Assembly (NCBI GenBank): GCA_951406725.2
Contig: OX597815.1
Span: 187,550,001 to 187,614,000 of the forward strand
Direction: 5' to 3'
DNA length: 64,000 nucleotides
Origin: Octopus vulgaris
Taxonomy: Eukaryota
The notes under the pieces were generated by a model, which searched no databases, was not told the DNA's origin, and saw nothing but the letters and a program-made list of their open reading frames with translations. Below, piece after piece: positions 1 through 13,006 of this stretch; position 1 is the stretch's first letter, and each line of letters begins with the position of its first letter. The position numbers and the translations under genes were made by a program.

Positions 1-183
1 AATGACCTCGCTTGAATCTTTTTACACATGCCACCGGTACAGGTACCAGTAAGGCGACGTTGGTAATGATCACGCTCGAATGGTGCCCTTTTACGTGCCA
101 CCAGCACAGAAGCCAGTTGGCTGCTCTGGTAATGATCATGCTCGGATGGTGCTCTTGGCACCCTACTCGCACGGGCACAAGTG
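1..183 (-). mobile_element. SINE family C, tandem head units (partial)
   Basis: Reverse complement carries repeated ggtggcacgtaaaa...gcacc units, as at 28358-28720 and 53200-53470. Confidence 0.7.
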
Positions 184-189
184 ACAAAA

Positions 190-285
190 AAGTACTGGAG
201 TTATTTTATTTGATTAAAATTCTTGAAAGTGGTGCCCCAGCATGGCCAGTCTAATAACTGAAACAAGTAAAAAAAATTAAAAAAT
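190..285 (+). mobile_element. SINE family B 3' tail
   Basis: gtggtgccccagcatggcc...ctgaaacaagtaaaa matches the B tail. Confidence 0.65.
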
Positions 286-992
286 CAATTATAATGGAGC
301 AAAAAGTTGCATGAAGAAGGAAAAAATATTCAGTACACATTGAGGAATTTTCTCCTGTTTATTGTAAACTGAAAATTTAATGACCTGTTACTCCAAATTT
401 CATCTTCAGATGACAGTAAATTTTAGTGCGAGAACAACCAGCTTCTGTAACTTCTTTCCATGAAATAAAATAAATATAATGTAAATACAGGGTGCTGTTT
501 GGATGCAGGTGTGGCACTACTGAATTCTTGTATTTTGCATATGAGCGTTTTTATTTGTTGTTAATATATTTTCCCTTTGTTGTTAAAGTGCATATGAACA
601 TAAAAAAAAATAAAAAAATCTTATCTGATAAAAAAAAAATATGTATGTAATACTATATATAATTTTATTATATGTATGTTTTCGTAAGATAAAGGAAGAC
701 ATTATATTCTTTCTTTTTTTTTTTATGTTCAGATGCACTTTAACTACAAAGTAAATTGTAATATATACTCAAACTCTCATGTACGAAATACCAGAATATG
801 ATGTTTCCCCTCAGCATCTAGCACTATATTCAAACAATTTCACATTTTTTTTAAAGGTAGAAGCTATCACACACACGTTCTCTCTCTCTCACACACACAC
901 ACACACACTGGTTGTACTTGCTCCAATATTCATTGCTGTCTGAAGACTGGAAACATGAAACTTGAATGACAGTTTTCAGTTCACATAAATAT

Positions 993-1214
993 ATTTCTTT
1001 ACTACCCACAAGGGGCTAAACACAGAGGGGACAAACAAACGGATTAAGTCGATTACATTGACCCCAGTGCGTAACTGGTACTTAGTTTATCGACCCCAAA
1101 AGGATGAAAGGCAAAGTCGACCTCGGCGGAATTTGAACCCAGAACGTAACGGTAGACGAAATACTGCTACGCATTTCGCCTGGCGTGCTAACGTTTCTGC
1201 CAGTTCGCCGCCTT
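993..1214 (-). mobile_element. tRNA-derived SINE family A, full length
   Basis: Reverse complement ggcggcgaactggcagaaacgttagc...gggttcaaattcc (B box)...gtcgactttgcctttcatccttttggggtcgataa; TSD ttcacataaata at 980-991 and 1217-1228. Confidence 0.9.
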
Positions 1215-3101
1215 AATTCACATAAATAGGATATACATACATATGTATGTATGTGTGTGTGTGTACATAATATCTTCATGTTGTTGTTTGACCCCAGTTT
1301 GGCCCTGTTCAAGCTGACTAGGAGATTGAATGTATTTTTTCTTTTCCAAGCAGAGTGAACCTTGAAATCTGTTACCCTGTGTGCCCTTTGTATTAATATT
1401 GTAATATGTTTTTAGATAGATGCAACTGCTGTTTCTAGCAAGTCAGAATGTAGTGACTCCTTTCTAGAGATAGTGTTGGAGTTAATGTACCATTATCCAA
1501 TTACAGATTTTTGCTTTTAATTTAAATTTTAATTTTCATCCTTTTTCCAAATAATTTCAGAACAAAACTTCTCATCAGAGTATCTTTTCGTAGATTGCAG
1601 TTTGAATTTACAGTAATTAAGATTTGAAGATATTCAGCATGTGTTTCTATTCATTTCTTTTATTATCATTATTAATATTATTTTGTTTGAGAAATTGAAC
1701 AAGAGAGAAGCAAAAGAAGGAAAACTTTGAACTATCGAATTATAAGCCATACAAGATTACTTTCATCACAGTTAATGTAAATTTTCTTGTAGAAAAGTTA
1801 AATAAACTAAATGAAATCACTAGAAAACTTTAATTTATATATAAGATTGACTTTGATTATGTCTTGACTAACAGACATTTAAGGATTTCACTAGCTATGT
1901 ATATAAAATAGATAAGAAAACATTTTTCTTCTTGTAAAGTATGAGCACTGCAAAACCTAATGGTAAATCAATTACTTGTCTTTCCTCAACTTGGAATATC
2001 CATTCTTACATAGCAAATTTTTGTAAATTTTCTCTTAGAGCAGAAAGGTTACTGAATAAGAAGAATGTGAGTATATTTGGTTAGTCAATAGAATGGCTCT
2101 TGAGAACTATTTTACTAAATGCTGCTTAGTAAATATTGCATTGATGTGTTTCTTCTAAATGTTTCCATTCTTGGACTTCGAAATCACTTGATGTTTACAA
2201 AATATCTGCAATCATCACCAAATTCTTGGAAGCCATCATATTCATGTTACGTACAAGTTTTTTTTTTCTATCTAATCTTGAAAGAACCTTACACTCACTA
2301 TAGTTTTTTTTCCTTCAAGATACATCTACATCACACCCCTTATTTCATCTTTATTGTATTCAATTCCTGTGCTATTCTGGGCTTTCAAAAGGTTGATAAA
2401 TTACTAGAAATTTGTATGGATGTTTTAAAAACTGTATGACAAATATGTATAGGGGGAAAAGGATTTTGGTGGCAGCACTAAACACTGGAAGATATGTGGA
2501 AAGAAATTTACTGGACTGGATTTCTTGTATTTTACTCCTTAGATTGTTATAAACATTCTAAAATAGAGACAAAAATATTTTTCTTGAATATCATGGCTAT
2601 GGCATTGAAAACAAATAATTAAGATAAATAAGAGTTGATTCTTAAATCCAGACAGGGAAAACAAGACTGGACCTTATAAACAAATGACCTATTCCACTTT
2701 TATGGTTCACAGTCACTGCAATAAACTGGCCCTTGGATAATCTGTTTTGAAGGAATATAAGGTTTCTGAAATTCAACTAGAGGGAAGAAGAAAAATTGAG
2801 AGAGAAATTATTTAGATATGACAAGTAATTTGTATGATGTGCGTGACCGAAGAAAAGAATCTATATTCGGTAAGAAACAGAGCAAGAATTATATGAGAAA
2901 ACTAAATATAAAGTCTTTGAGCTTCAACATTGACAGCAAGTGCACTGAGAAAGTGACATAGCATGCAGAAAAGGAATACTTAATCAACACCTGAAGTTCT
3001 ACTGGGGTTAGGTGGGGGGAAAGAAATCCTTTCATGGTGAACTTTTTCTAAGCATCAGTGAAGCTGGTTTAAATAAGACAGAAGCATGTCAGTTGTTGGA
3101 C

Positions 3102-3471
3102 CACTGGTTCTCAACCGTTTCTTTTATGTATGGACACCTTTGATTAGTGTTTTATTCTGGTGGACCAACATAACCATTTGATGTTTAAAAACTAGTTTTA
3201 TAGATACTTCTTTCAAAATTCCTGCTTTGTTTTTCCCACATTCACTTTATTCTTTTATTCTTTTACTTGTTTCAGTCATTTGACTGCGGCCATGCTGGAG
3301 CACCACCTTTAGTCGAGCAAATCGACCCCAGGACATATTCTTTGTAAGCTTAGTACTTATTCTATGTCTCTTTTGCCAAACTATTTATGGGTATGTAAAC
3401 ACACCCAAAATCAGTTGTCAAGCAATGGTGGGGGTACAAAGACAGGCACAAATACATACATACATACATAT

Positions 3472-3552
<81 letters not shown>

Positions 3553-3800
3553 ATATACATACAATAGGCTTCTTTCAGTTTCTGTCTACCAAATCCACTC
3601 ACAAGGCTTTGGTTGTCCCGAGGCTATGGAAGATACTTGCCCAAGGTTCCACACAGTGGGACTGAACCCAGAACCATGTGGTTGAGAAGCAAGCTTCTTA
3701 CCACACAACCACGCCTGCACCTATTGGTTAAAAGAATTTGTTTTGGAAACATAAAACCTGTATTATATTTGAAGTAAGATTAGAAGTTAATTGGTGGATT
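3102..3800. mobile_element. hAT-like MITE (cagtggttctcaa family) interrupted by a SINE B
   Basis: Left end cactggttctcaacc; body similar to 15640-15838, 40165-40419 and 53093-53606; right end degenerate. Confidence 0.5.
3248..3722 (-). mobile_element. tRNA-derived SINE family B, full length
   Basis: Reverse complement: tRNA-like head (gtggttgtgtggtaag...gggttcagtccc), CORE-like ccttgggcaagt, internal (TG)n, tail gctccagcatggccgcagtcaaatgactgaaacaagtaaaagaata. Confidence 0.9.
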
Positions 3801-5252
3801 TTTTAAAACCATGTGTCTTATGCATGCATGCACATATCTGTACATATGCAGGCTGTTTTAATTTCAGGACAGTATCTTTTACATCCCTGGAACCATTATT
3901 CATCTTTAGATTTTAAACATTTAATTTATATCTCATACTTTTATTATTATATAAGCCCATCAATTGACAACCAACAGTTCAATACTGATATAGTAGTACA
4001 CCATACAGAATGAAAATCATATAGATATATTTAGTATGCATGTGTGTATTTTATAAATTAATCTTCGAATATTAAAAAAGAAAAAAAATATTTCTAATTT
4101 GTGATTTAATTAGAGTTGTGTCGATTCTGCTGACTGTTTTCAAGCTAACTCTTCTAGCCAAATAAAATTACCATGTATATTTACTTGGCATAATTAGTTT
4201 TCTAAATTTAAATACATTTGGATACTCACTGATTAGTAACTGATACTCTGCATCTAACATTTAACTTAATGTCTTGAACTAATTGCATTTAATTTGCAAA
4301 CTGAAAATAAATTGTTTATGTTACTCAAAGTCTTCAGTTAGGAAATATAAAGTGATATTTTTAACATAGCTGCAAGCGTTTTCTACATAAAAATCTTTTT
4401 TATCTCTCACTACAACTGTCTACTTATGACCTTATTCAGTTGTCACACTGATCATTGACCTACTCTTCTCTTCTCTCTTAATTTCCTTCTCTCTTTCCTA
4501 TTATACCTACATTGCTGTCATATTTCATACCATTATTCCACTTCTTCTAAAACACATTTTCTATCAAAAGATTTAATTCTTTATCGCTCCCAACTCAAGT
4601 TCTTTTCAATTTATTTTCCCTTTAAAATTTTAAAATTACAATATATTTTATTGTGCCCATTTCTTTTCAGAAAACTAGTTGAGGTGTGGTGTATAGTAAA
4701 GTGGAGTGACATTTTATGAAATATTAGGATAGGATGTGACTCTATAATATTATATGAACATAGAAAAAGAAAAAAGAAAGAAAAAAAAATCCAACCTCAA
4801 AGTTACTGCCAAATAGAATTGTTTAAAGCAAAATTGATTTTGGTAAGGTATGATTAGGATCTATCTAATGCAATTTTTTTCCGCTTCTTATAAAGCATTT
4901 TTTTTCAATTATAATTTCATATTTATGGTCTCTCTCTCTTTGATGCTTGATTCTAAACGAGAAAAAACATCAGTGTTCTAATGTATAATGATGTTTATAG
5001 AAATATTGATAAAATAAATTAGGTGTAAGTTGACATATATTTTGCATTCATTTGTGGCCCAGAACAGGTATACATTTCAGATAGTAATAGACATTTTAAT
5101 TGCATAAAAATGCCACCAGAGGAAATAACTTAACTATGAGAGTTGGTGATTTACTTGCCATAACTTACAGGCAGAAGAATATGTACTGCCAAAGCTAAAA
5201 ATAAGAAATTTATTGCTTGTATATATATGCACACACGCACACACACATTCAC

Positions 5253-5299
<47 letters not shown>

Positions 5300-5598
5300 A
5301 CATGATAAGATGAACTTATAGGATTTATGTGTCATAATGATGGCAATACATTAAGTTGAAAATTGGGTTATTTATATGAAATCAACTTCTATCAAATTGC
5401 TTGATAAGTTTAAATAATAGTAAAAGCTCTTACAGGCACAAATAAGACTATAAATTAGAGAGGGGAGAGGGTATAGGAATTTGTGTCAGTTCCACTACAT
5501 CACATGTACTTATGCTGTAGAGTTGTAAGGCAAAAAATCAATCTTGAGATTTGAACTGATAAAATACTGCACGGTATTTTATCTGACACTACGTTTAA

Positions 5599-5810
5599 CA
5601 CTTTAGCATTCTCTCAAATGTAATGCTTATTTATTCACAATGTTTTGAATTAATCATGCACTATCTCATTGCTTTGAGATTTTTGATGATGTGGTTGTTT
5701 GTTTTTCAAATAATGTGGTAGGGTAGGTTCGAGAGGCCAGATTTGGCCTGTTTGAGGATAAAACAAGTGGAATATTTGAACCAGATATGGTCAGTTTAAA
5801 TGGTAAAGTG
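5599..5810 (+). mobile_element. TTAA MITE family P1 (piggyBac-type)
   Basis: TTAA on both sides (5595-98, 5811-14); ends cacttta/taaagtg; homologous to 56030-56250. Confidence 0.8.
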
Positions 5811-5940
5811 TTAATGCTTTTAAAAATAGGTGATGATGATGATGATAGGTGAAGTTTGGAATATCCTTGATAAAAATAGTTTCACATTAATTTGAAATTA
5901 ATTTGAAGATACAACAAATTTAGAAAAACTGAAAAACATA

Positions 5941-6335
5941 AGTGGCTGTGTGGTTCAGAAGCTTGCTTTGCAACCACATGCTTTGGGTTCAATCCCACTG
6001 TGCAGTACCTCGGACAAATGTATTTTACTATTGCCTCTGGCCGACCAAAGTCTTGTGAATGAATTTGGTTGACAGAAACTGTGTGGAAGCTCTATGTGTG
6101 TGTGTGTATGTGTGCATGCATGTGTATATGCATGTGTGTATTTGTATCTGTCCCCTTACCACCACCTTGCTTGATGTCTGGTGTTGGTTTGTTTACATCT
6201 CCTATATCTTGGTGGTTTTGCAGACGAGTCTGACAGAATAAGTACCTGACTACATGGGGTGGGGGGAATCTGCTTGGTTAAAATCCAGCAAGATTATTCT
6301 GGATGCAGTCCAATGAATGAAGTGAGTAAAAGATA
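5941..6335 (+). mobile_element. SINE family B (diverged)
   Basis: gtggctgtgtggtt...gggttcaatcccactg...gaccaaagtcttgtga. Confidence 0.8.
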
Positions 6336-6491
6336 AAAGGAAAACATACTTGCATGATAAAGGTGTCTCTAACAGAGATTATCTCTTTTCTGTTATGTTG
6401 TTGAAGGGATTAACAGGAATAAGAAGTGAAATATAAAGAAACGATTCCTTTGATTCTCATGTTAAACTTGTTTCAAATCACGGTATTTTTA

Positions 6492-6930
6492 TCTCTATAT
6501 ATATAAAGCTGAAGTTGTCTGTGTATGGCAGGTTTGGTAGCCTTCAACTAACACTATCTCCTCCGACACCCTGTGGCGCAAGTTGACCAAAATTGAGAGT
6601 ATGATAGAAGAAGGCTTGCTCTTCCTTCCGTAGCAGAAAAAATTCAAATCGGACCATGTTAACACCAAAAATCATTTACATCCAAAAAATTCAAATCGGA
6701 CCATGTTAAGACCAAAAATTATTTACATTAAAATGGTGCTTTTTTTCTATGAAAATCCCTATTTTTTACGAGTTTTTGACTGCTGTGTTGTCATTTTTTG
6801 GTGTATTTCAACAAGAAAAATGTTCACTTAAAGAGAATAACAAGCTGCATAATGCAAAATTTTTACCTTACAAAAATTCCAATTCTAAAGGGTCGAAACA
6901 AACCTGAGCAATGCTGGGTGATACTGCTAG
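6492..6930 (+). mobile_element. Non-autonomous Helitron
   Basis: A|TC 5' end (tctctatatatataaagctgaag), subterminal hairpin and CTAG|T 3' end, no TSD; near-identical inverted copy at 62548-62937; internal ~45 bp tandem duplication. Confidence 0.85.
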
Positions 6931-7560
6931 TCAGTGATAAAAACAAGGCTTATAATGAAACATGCTTCCTGCACAGTTATTCTTCTTTTTGCGTTTTTAT
7001 TTATGGTGTCAGAGTATTGAGTTGTTCAAGAAATGATATTCTATATTTGATGAAGAGGCAAATTTTTCCATTTGCGATTTCTTAATTGCTATTAACTATG
7101 TAAAGTGTCTCAGACTGGGATAAGTAAGTAACTCGAGGAGATAGGTGCACTTTAAATTGTTGCTGGTTTAGTGATTAGAGAAAAAAGTAGATGAAAAATG
7201 AATTGCTGAAAGGATACATTTGTGTGGAACTAAGTCTTCTCAGAAAATGAAAGAATTTACTGTCTGTGAAATCTGTGTTAAGATATTTTATGCAGGAACA
7301 ATCAGAGATAATTATGTGATGAGGAATAAATGTCACAAAGACAATATTAGCCAATGACTAATACATGCGCGTGCACACACACATACACAAAGATTATAAA
7401 TAGAGAAATATACTATGATAAAAGTTATTTTTTTCTTTTGTATCATACTATATTGTATATGTTGTGTAGAATGATACATTAAGTAGCTCTTTTTATGAGT
7501 ACCACCAGATTAGTTGAATCCATATATTGTGGCTTAAATATATATATATATATATATATA

Positions 7561-7826
7561 TTTTTGCCATGTGTGAGTTACAAATATTGTTGTCTGTGGA
7601 GACATATTTTTGTAGAAAAGGAAATAGTCTTTGGCTGCTATTTCTAAAATTTTCGGTATGTGGTCAAGCAACTTGTTGCTAAACCCTTATTGCTATAATT
7701 ATTTATAAAAAAACCCTTTTTGTATAAGTTTTTACCAAATATGGTCCTTTTCCATACCAAAAAACTACTAGGTGAAATTTGTTGATTTTATTAAATTAAT
7801 AATCTTTCACCCTATATCTGTAATGA
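7561..7826 (+). mobile_element. Penelope-like element 3' terminus between (TA)n tracts
   Basis: Same sequence as 56756-56900 and, inverted, 56329-56510, where it flanks a hammerhead-like core. Confidence 0.65.
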
Positions 7827-8319
7827 TTATATATATATATATATATAATTAATAAAAAAAAAACAGAAAAAAGAACAACAAGAAAAAAAACAACAACACG
7901 AGGATGTGGTACATGGAAAGTATTAATAACATGCTAAGAGAAGGAAAGAAAACGTGTTTTATGTTTCGAGCAAAGTCCTTTTTCAGAAACAGGAGACAGA
8001 GGAAAGTCCAAGAGAAAAGGAAGACAAAGGAAAAACATTGCCAACAGTCCACATGTGGTTACATTTTGGAATATGTATATATATATGTATATATAATATG
8101 TGTGTGTATATGTGTATTGGTGCAACTATGATGTTCAGTTGATCTGAAGAATAAGCTTTCTAGATCTGCATTGATTTGTAAATGCACAATAGTACTGTGC
8201 AATATGTAGCATGCGTATTGGTACAGACAAGCAAAATAATCTATTGTACACAGAAATTATTATTTCATGATGAAGGCTGCAGAACGGCCATCATCCTATG
8301 GATATCAAGTGGTTGTGTA

Positions 8320-8672
8320 AATACATTTATCTCTCTTAACCCTTGACTTTTTTTATGGTCTATATATGTCATGGACTCTCCCATCATTAGGCGATATATG
8401 AGGATTCTGCAAGGAGTTTTCTTAGTCTCTCGTTCAACTGCACATCAAAGATGAACTGAAGGCAAGGATTATGGCAGCATTCACTAACTTAAACAAGGAG
8501 ATTCCAAAGTTGTCTGGAGGCTATGGTTGAAGCCAATGGCGATTTTATTGAATAAATTTATTCTTTAGTATTTCAAGATATTTTTATGCAATGTTGGTAA
8601 ATACATCTGTTAAATTGAGATGCCAGTGTTATTTTCATTTTTCTGTAATTTAGATGACAGTTTATTCACCAC
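8320..8672 (+). pseudogene. maT/DD37D (Tc1/mariner) transposase C-terminal remnant
   Basis: Translates with frameshifts to LNPLDF..W...KDELKARIMAAFTNLNKE...LEAMVEANGDFIE*. Confidence 0.7.
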
Positions 8673-8872
8673 ATACATATATATATATATACACACACCA
8701 CACATACACTCAAGCATAAGTAAAGCTTACAAAACCTCATTTAGGGATAGCAAAATCCTATGAAAGTGCTGATTAGTTACTTAAACAAAGAATGTCGAAC
8801 ATTATAGTTAATACTCAACTGCCAGGTAACTATATAAACTGTGGTTTATATATATTTATTTATTATAATAAG

Positions 8873-9087
8873 ATGAGAAAATAGAGAGGTAATTAATAAA
8901 TTATTATTTATTAATTAAAAAATTGACAAACATCTCTTACAGCTGTTTCAATTTCAGGCCTCAAGGAAATTAATTAATTAAATTAAAAATTATTTGAAAG
9001 GTCTGGAATTGAAACAGCTGTAAGGGATGTTTGTCAGTTTTTTAATTAATAAATAATATTTTATTAATTCCTTCTCTATTTTCTCAT
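8873..9087. repeat. Long inverted repeat of a Penelope-like terminus
   Basis: Arms of ~88 bp (atgagaaaatagagag...tacagctgtttc...ggcct / aggtct...gaaacagctgta...ttttctcat); contains the hammerhead 3' half GAAAC-AGCT-GTA. Confidence 0.8.
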
Positions 9088-9098
9088 ATATATATATA

Positions 9099-10390
9099 TG
9101 AGGGGCGTTCAATAAGTATTGCTCCTGACCCACTTGTAGTTGTTTGATCTAGCTGAAATTTTGTATGTGCAATTATTTATATCTCTATAGATTAAGTGAC
9201 AAATTACAGCTCTGAACTAATTGTGGTTTCCGATTTACAGGTGTTTGAACTGAGTCAAGTGTGAAATGGAGCATGTTGAGTGGCGAGCAGTGATCCGGTT
9301 TTTGTATTTGAAAGGACGCCCACCACGGGAGACTTTTGATGAAATGAAAGTAACTTATGGTGATGATGCCCCATCATATGACCTTGTAAAACGCTGGCAT
9401 CGTGAATTCAAACATGGTCGGAACTCTGTGGAAACAGCTCCCAGATCTGGTCGCCCCCTTCTGCCATTGATGAGGCATCTGTCTGTCAAGTTGAGGCTGC
9501 CATTTTGGAAGATCGACGCATAACTATTCGCCAAATAGCCCATGAGGTCAAGATTAGTACCGGGTCTGTGGAAACTATCATTCATGACCATTTGCATATG
9601 CAAAAGGTGTCTGCCAGATGGATTCCCAGGTTGCTCACACCTTTCCAGAAGCAAGAACGCTTCGATTGCTCGAGGATGAATTTGGAGATGTGCCAAGAAG
9701 ATGAGTTAAAATTTTTCAAAATACTGATAGCATAGGATAAAACCTGGGTCCATCACTATGATCCAGAGACCAAAGCCCAGTCAATGCAGTGGAAGCACCG
9801 TGACTCACCTCCTCCAAAGAAGGCAAGGGTGCAGCCCTCCGCTGGCAAGGTCATGCTTACAGTCTTCTGGGACCAGGACGGAGTAGTGAAGACAGATTTC
9901 CTGGCAAAGGGTGCCACAATTACAGGAGTCTATTATGCTTCACTTTTGAGGAAATTAAGAGAAGCTATCAAAATCAAGAGGCGGGGCAAGATCAGCAAAG
10001 GCATCCTCCTCCTGCAGGACAACGCTCCGATCCACAACTCGCGTGTCGCCAGATCAGAAGCACAGGCGTGCGGCTATGAACTCACCCCCCATCCCCCCTA
10101 CTCTCCTGACCTTGCACCCTCTGATTTTCACCTCTTCCCAGCCATGAAGTTGTTTTTGAAAGGAAAGTATTTCCCAGATGATGCAGCCTTGATTTCTGAA
10201 GTCACGTCGTGGTTGGAGGACCAAGCTGGGGTCTTCTACAAAAACGGTCTTCAGAGCTGCATCAAACGATGGGAGAAATGCGTAACTCTGGGTGGTTCCT
10301 ATGTAGAAAAAGACTAATAACTGTTCCAAGTTTCGTTGCTCTACTGCTATGGGAAGTGGGTCAGGGGCATTACTTATTGAACGCCCCTCG
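9099..10390 (+). mobile_element. Full-length mariner transposon (DD34D, irritans-like)
   Basis: ~37 bp TIRs (ygaggggcgttcaataagta...ctgacccactt), TA TSD, 1292 bp. Confidence 0.97.
9266..10317 (+). pseudogene. Mariner transposase, disabled by one frameshift (~9455-9461) and TAG at 9733-9735
   Basis: RSGRP, WIPRLLT, DKTW, QDNAPIH, YSPDLAPSD motifs; 34 residues between the second and third D. Confidence 0.95.
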
Positions 10391-10400
10391 TATATATATA

Positions 10401-10698
10401 TAGTTAAAATTTGTAGAAAAGCAAAAGATGAAGACAGGTGTATGAACAACAAACAGGTGTATTAGCTTGACGCTGTATGTATGTATGTATGTATGTATGT
10501 ATGTATATATATATATATATATTTATATATAGTTGAAATTTATAGAAAAACAAAAGATGAAGACAGGTGTATGAACAACAAACAGGTGTATTAGCTTGAC
10601 GCTGTAAGTATGTATATATATATAGTTGAAATTTATAGAAAAACAAAAGATGAAGACAGGTGTATAAATAACATGCAGTTATATTAGCTTGATGCTCG

Positions 10699-10700
<2 letters not shown>
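10401..10700 (-). repeat. Three tandem ~75 bp copies of a Penelope-like 3' end separated by microsatellite
   Basis: tagttgaaatttatagaaaaacaaaagatgaagacaggtgtat...attagcttgacgct x3; reverse complement of 36600-36670. Confidence 0.8.
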
Positions 10701-10734
<34 letters not shown>

Positions 10735-11402
10735 CAGATAACCACATACACATTATACAGTATATAGGAAATTTTCTTTTCTAAATTTCAATATCTTTCG
10801 CTTTATTTTATTACATTCTATTTAAAGACTTCAGAGTACCACCAGGAATAATGACTGAATGCTATTTAAAATGATGTTAAAAATTTTAAATTGCTTACTG
10901 GTTACTTTGTTTTCTTCTTATGTATGATAATCACTCTGTCAGTATACTGGATGCTATTATAAAGTCTTTGAATAATATACTAGATTTATTGAAATAACGA
11001 ACAAAGCAATCTTTTTATTTCAGATGAATTCATTGACTCTAAAGAAAAAAAAAAATTAATGTGTTTATTCATGTATTATATTTATTTATGAATTAATGAA
11101 CCTAGAACTACTAATATATATAAATGGATATTTTCAGAAGACTTTAGACCCAAGCTGATTACAATGATATCACATTCTATAGTGTGGTTAGTTGTTTTTT
11201 TTTTTATTTAAGATATATTTTTTTTTAACCCTGGCATCTTGTAGACTAGGCACTCTTGAACTGTGGATATTTATTGTGTTTTGTTTTTAATCTTTTATGT
11301 CTTAAAAATATACAAGTCAAGAATTTTTAATGACTGGTGATAACTATTTACTCAAACTTTTGATTAGAACGTTAAGTACAAACATATTCTAATAACATTA
11401 GT

Positions 11403-11870
11403 CGTTTCGTTACCATATTTCTATTGTAATATACCAACTTTGTTTCAATCAATTTTTAAAATAATGAAAATTTGACACAAATAACTGTCACTACCTTTTA
11501 ATGTTCAGATAACTCTGTTAATTGTAATGCTTTTTCACTCAAATTATTTTGAATTAATCATGCGTTATCTTATAGCTTTGAGATATCAATGATGTGATTG
11601 TTTATTTTTAGAATGTCAATGTAGGTTAGGTGTGAGAAGCTAGATATGGTCAGTTTGAATGTAAAATATGTAGAATGTTTGGACTGTATATGGCCAGTTT
11701 AAATACTGGTGTTTAGAATACAGATTAACCTGAAATTTTGGTGGAACATTTTAACTTATTAAAACATAGATTAATCTGAAATTTTGGTAGATGATTTTAA
11801 CTTTGATTGTTTTGAAACCAGAGGTTTGTTTCATGGGACCTGGGGTGGCTTCAGCCAGGTTGGTACCAAA
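11403..11870 (+). mobile_element. TTAA MITE P2 variant with a nested P1 MITE (~11497-11706)
   Basis: ttcgttaccatatttct...tcagccaggttggtacc matches P2; the internal block matches P1. Confidence 0.65.
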
Positions 11871-11974
11871 ATTATTCTAATAACATATTATACAAACTTA
11901 TTCTGTTTAAGAATAGAAATCTAGCTGAACAAAAAGTGTTATAGATTGCTGGCAAAGAGATGAAGAGATTGTGA

Positions 11975-12378
11975 AGTGGGCTGTGTGGTAGGAAGCTTGC
12001 TTCCCAAACACATGGTTTTGGGTTCAGTCCCACTGTGTGGCACCTTAGGCAAGTGTCTTCTACTGTAGTCTTGGGCTGACCAAAGCTTTGTGAGTGGATT
12101 TGGTAGACGGAAACTGAAAGAAGCCTGTCGTATATATGTATATATCTATGTATGTGTGTCTTTGTGCTTGTGTTTGTCCTCCACCATTGATTGAGAACTG
12201 GTGTTGGTGTGTTTACATCCCTGTAACTTAGTGGTTTGGCCAAAGAAACTGATAGAATAAGTACTAGGGTTTAAAAACATAAGCCCCAAGTCCTGGGGTC
12301 AATTTGTTCACCTAAAACTTTTCAAGGCGGTGCCCAAGCATGGCCACAGTCAAATGATTGAAACAAGTAAAAGATAAA
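11975..12378 (+). mobile_element. SINE family B
   Basis: Head, body and tail all match B. Confidence 0.9.
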
Positions 12379-12404
12379 AGGAAAGATTAGAAAATATTGA
12401 TTCC

Positions 12405-13006
12405 AAATTTTGGCATGAAGCCAGCAATTTCAGGGGCAAGGATAAGTCGATTACATTGACCCCAGTATTCTGCTGGTATTTATTTTCTCGACCCCCCAAA
12501 AGGGATGACAGGCAGAGGACTCTGCCAGCTCCCCACCTTATAAGGATTAAAAATATTCTTTTCTTCTCTAGACACAATGCCTGAAATTTTGGGGGAGGTG
12601 GGGCCAGTCAATTAGATCGACACCAGTATGCAACTGGTACTTAATTTATTGACCCCGAAAGGACGAAAGTCGATGTCAGCAGAATTTGAACTCAGAACGT
12701 AAAGACAGACAAAATAGCACTAAGCATTTCACCTGGTATGCTAAGGTTTCTGCCAGCTCACTACCTTAGGATTTGAAAATATTTATTTCTTTATTGCCCA
12801 CAGGGGGCTAAACATAGAGGGACAAACAAAGGGATTAAGTTGATTACATCGACTCCAGTGCATAACTGGTACTTATTTAATTGACCCCGAAAGGATGAAA
12901 GGCAAAGTTGACCTTGGCAGTATTTGAACTCAGAACGTAAAAACAGACAAAATGCCGCTAAGCATTTTTGCCCAGCATGCTAACAGTTCTGCCAGCTCGC
13001 CACCCT
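12405..13006 (-). mobile_element. Three consecutive SINE family A copies (~12405-12538, 12562-12767, 12785-13006)
   Basis: Repeated gtcgattacattgaccccag...gaccccgaaagga...ctgccagctc; the third is flanked by an aggatttgaaa TSD. Confidence 0.85.

Noticed and set aside
6798-7085. ORF similar to 62469-62728, suggesting paralogous genes
   Set aside because: Both lie in copies of the same non-autonomous Helitron
9784-10317. SETMAR-like domesticated gene
   Set aside because: No SET domain; it lies inside TIRs with an upstream stop and frameshift
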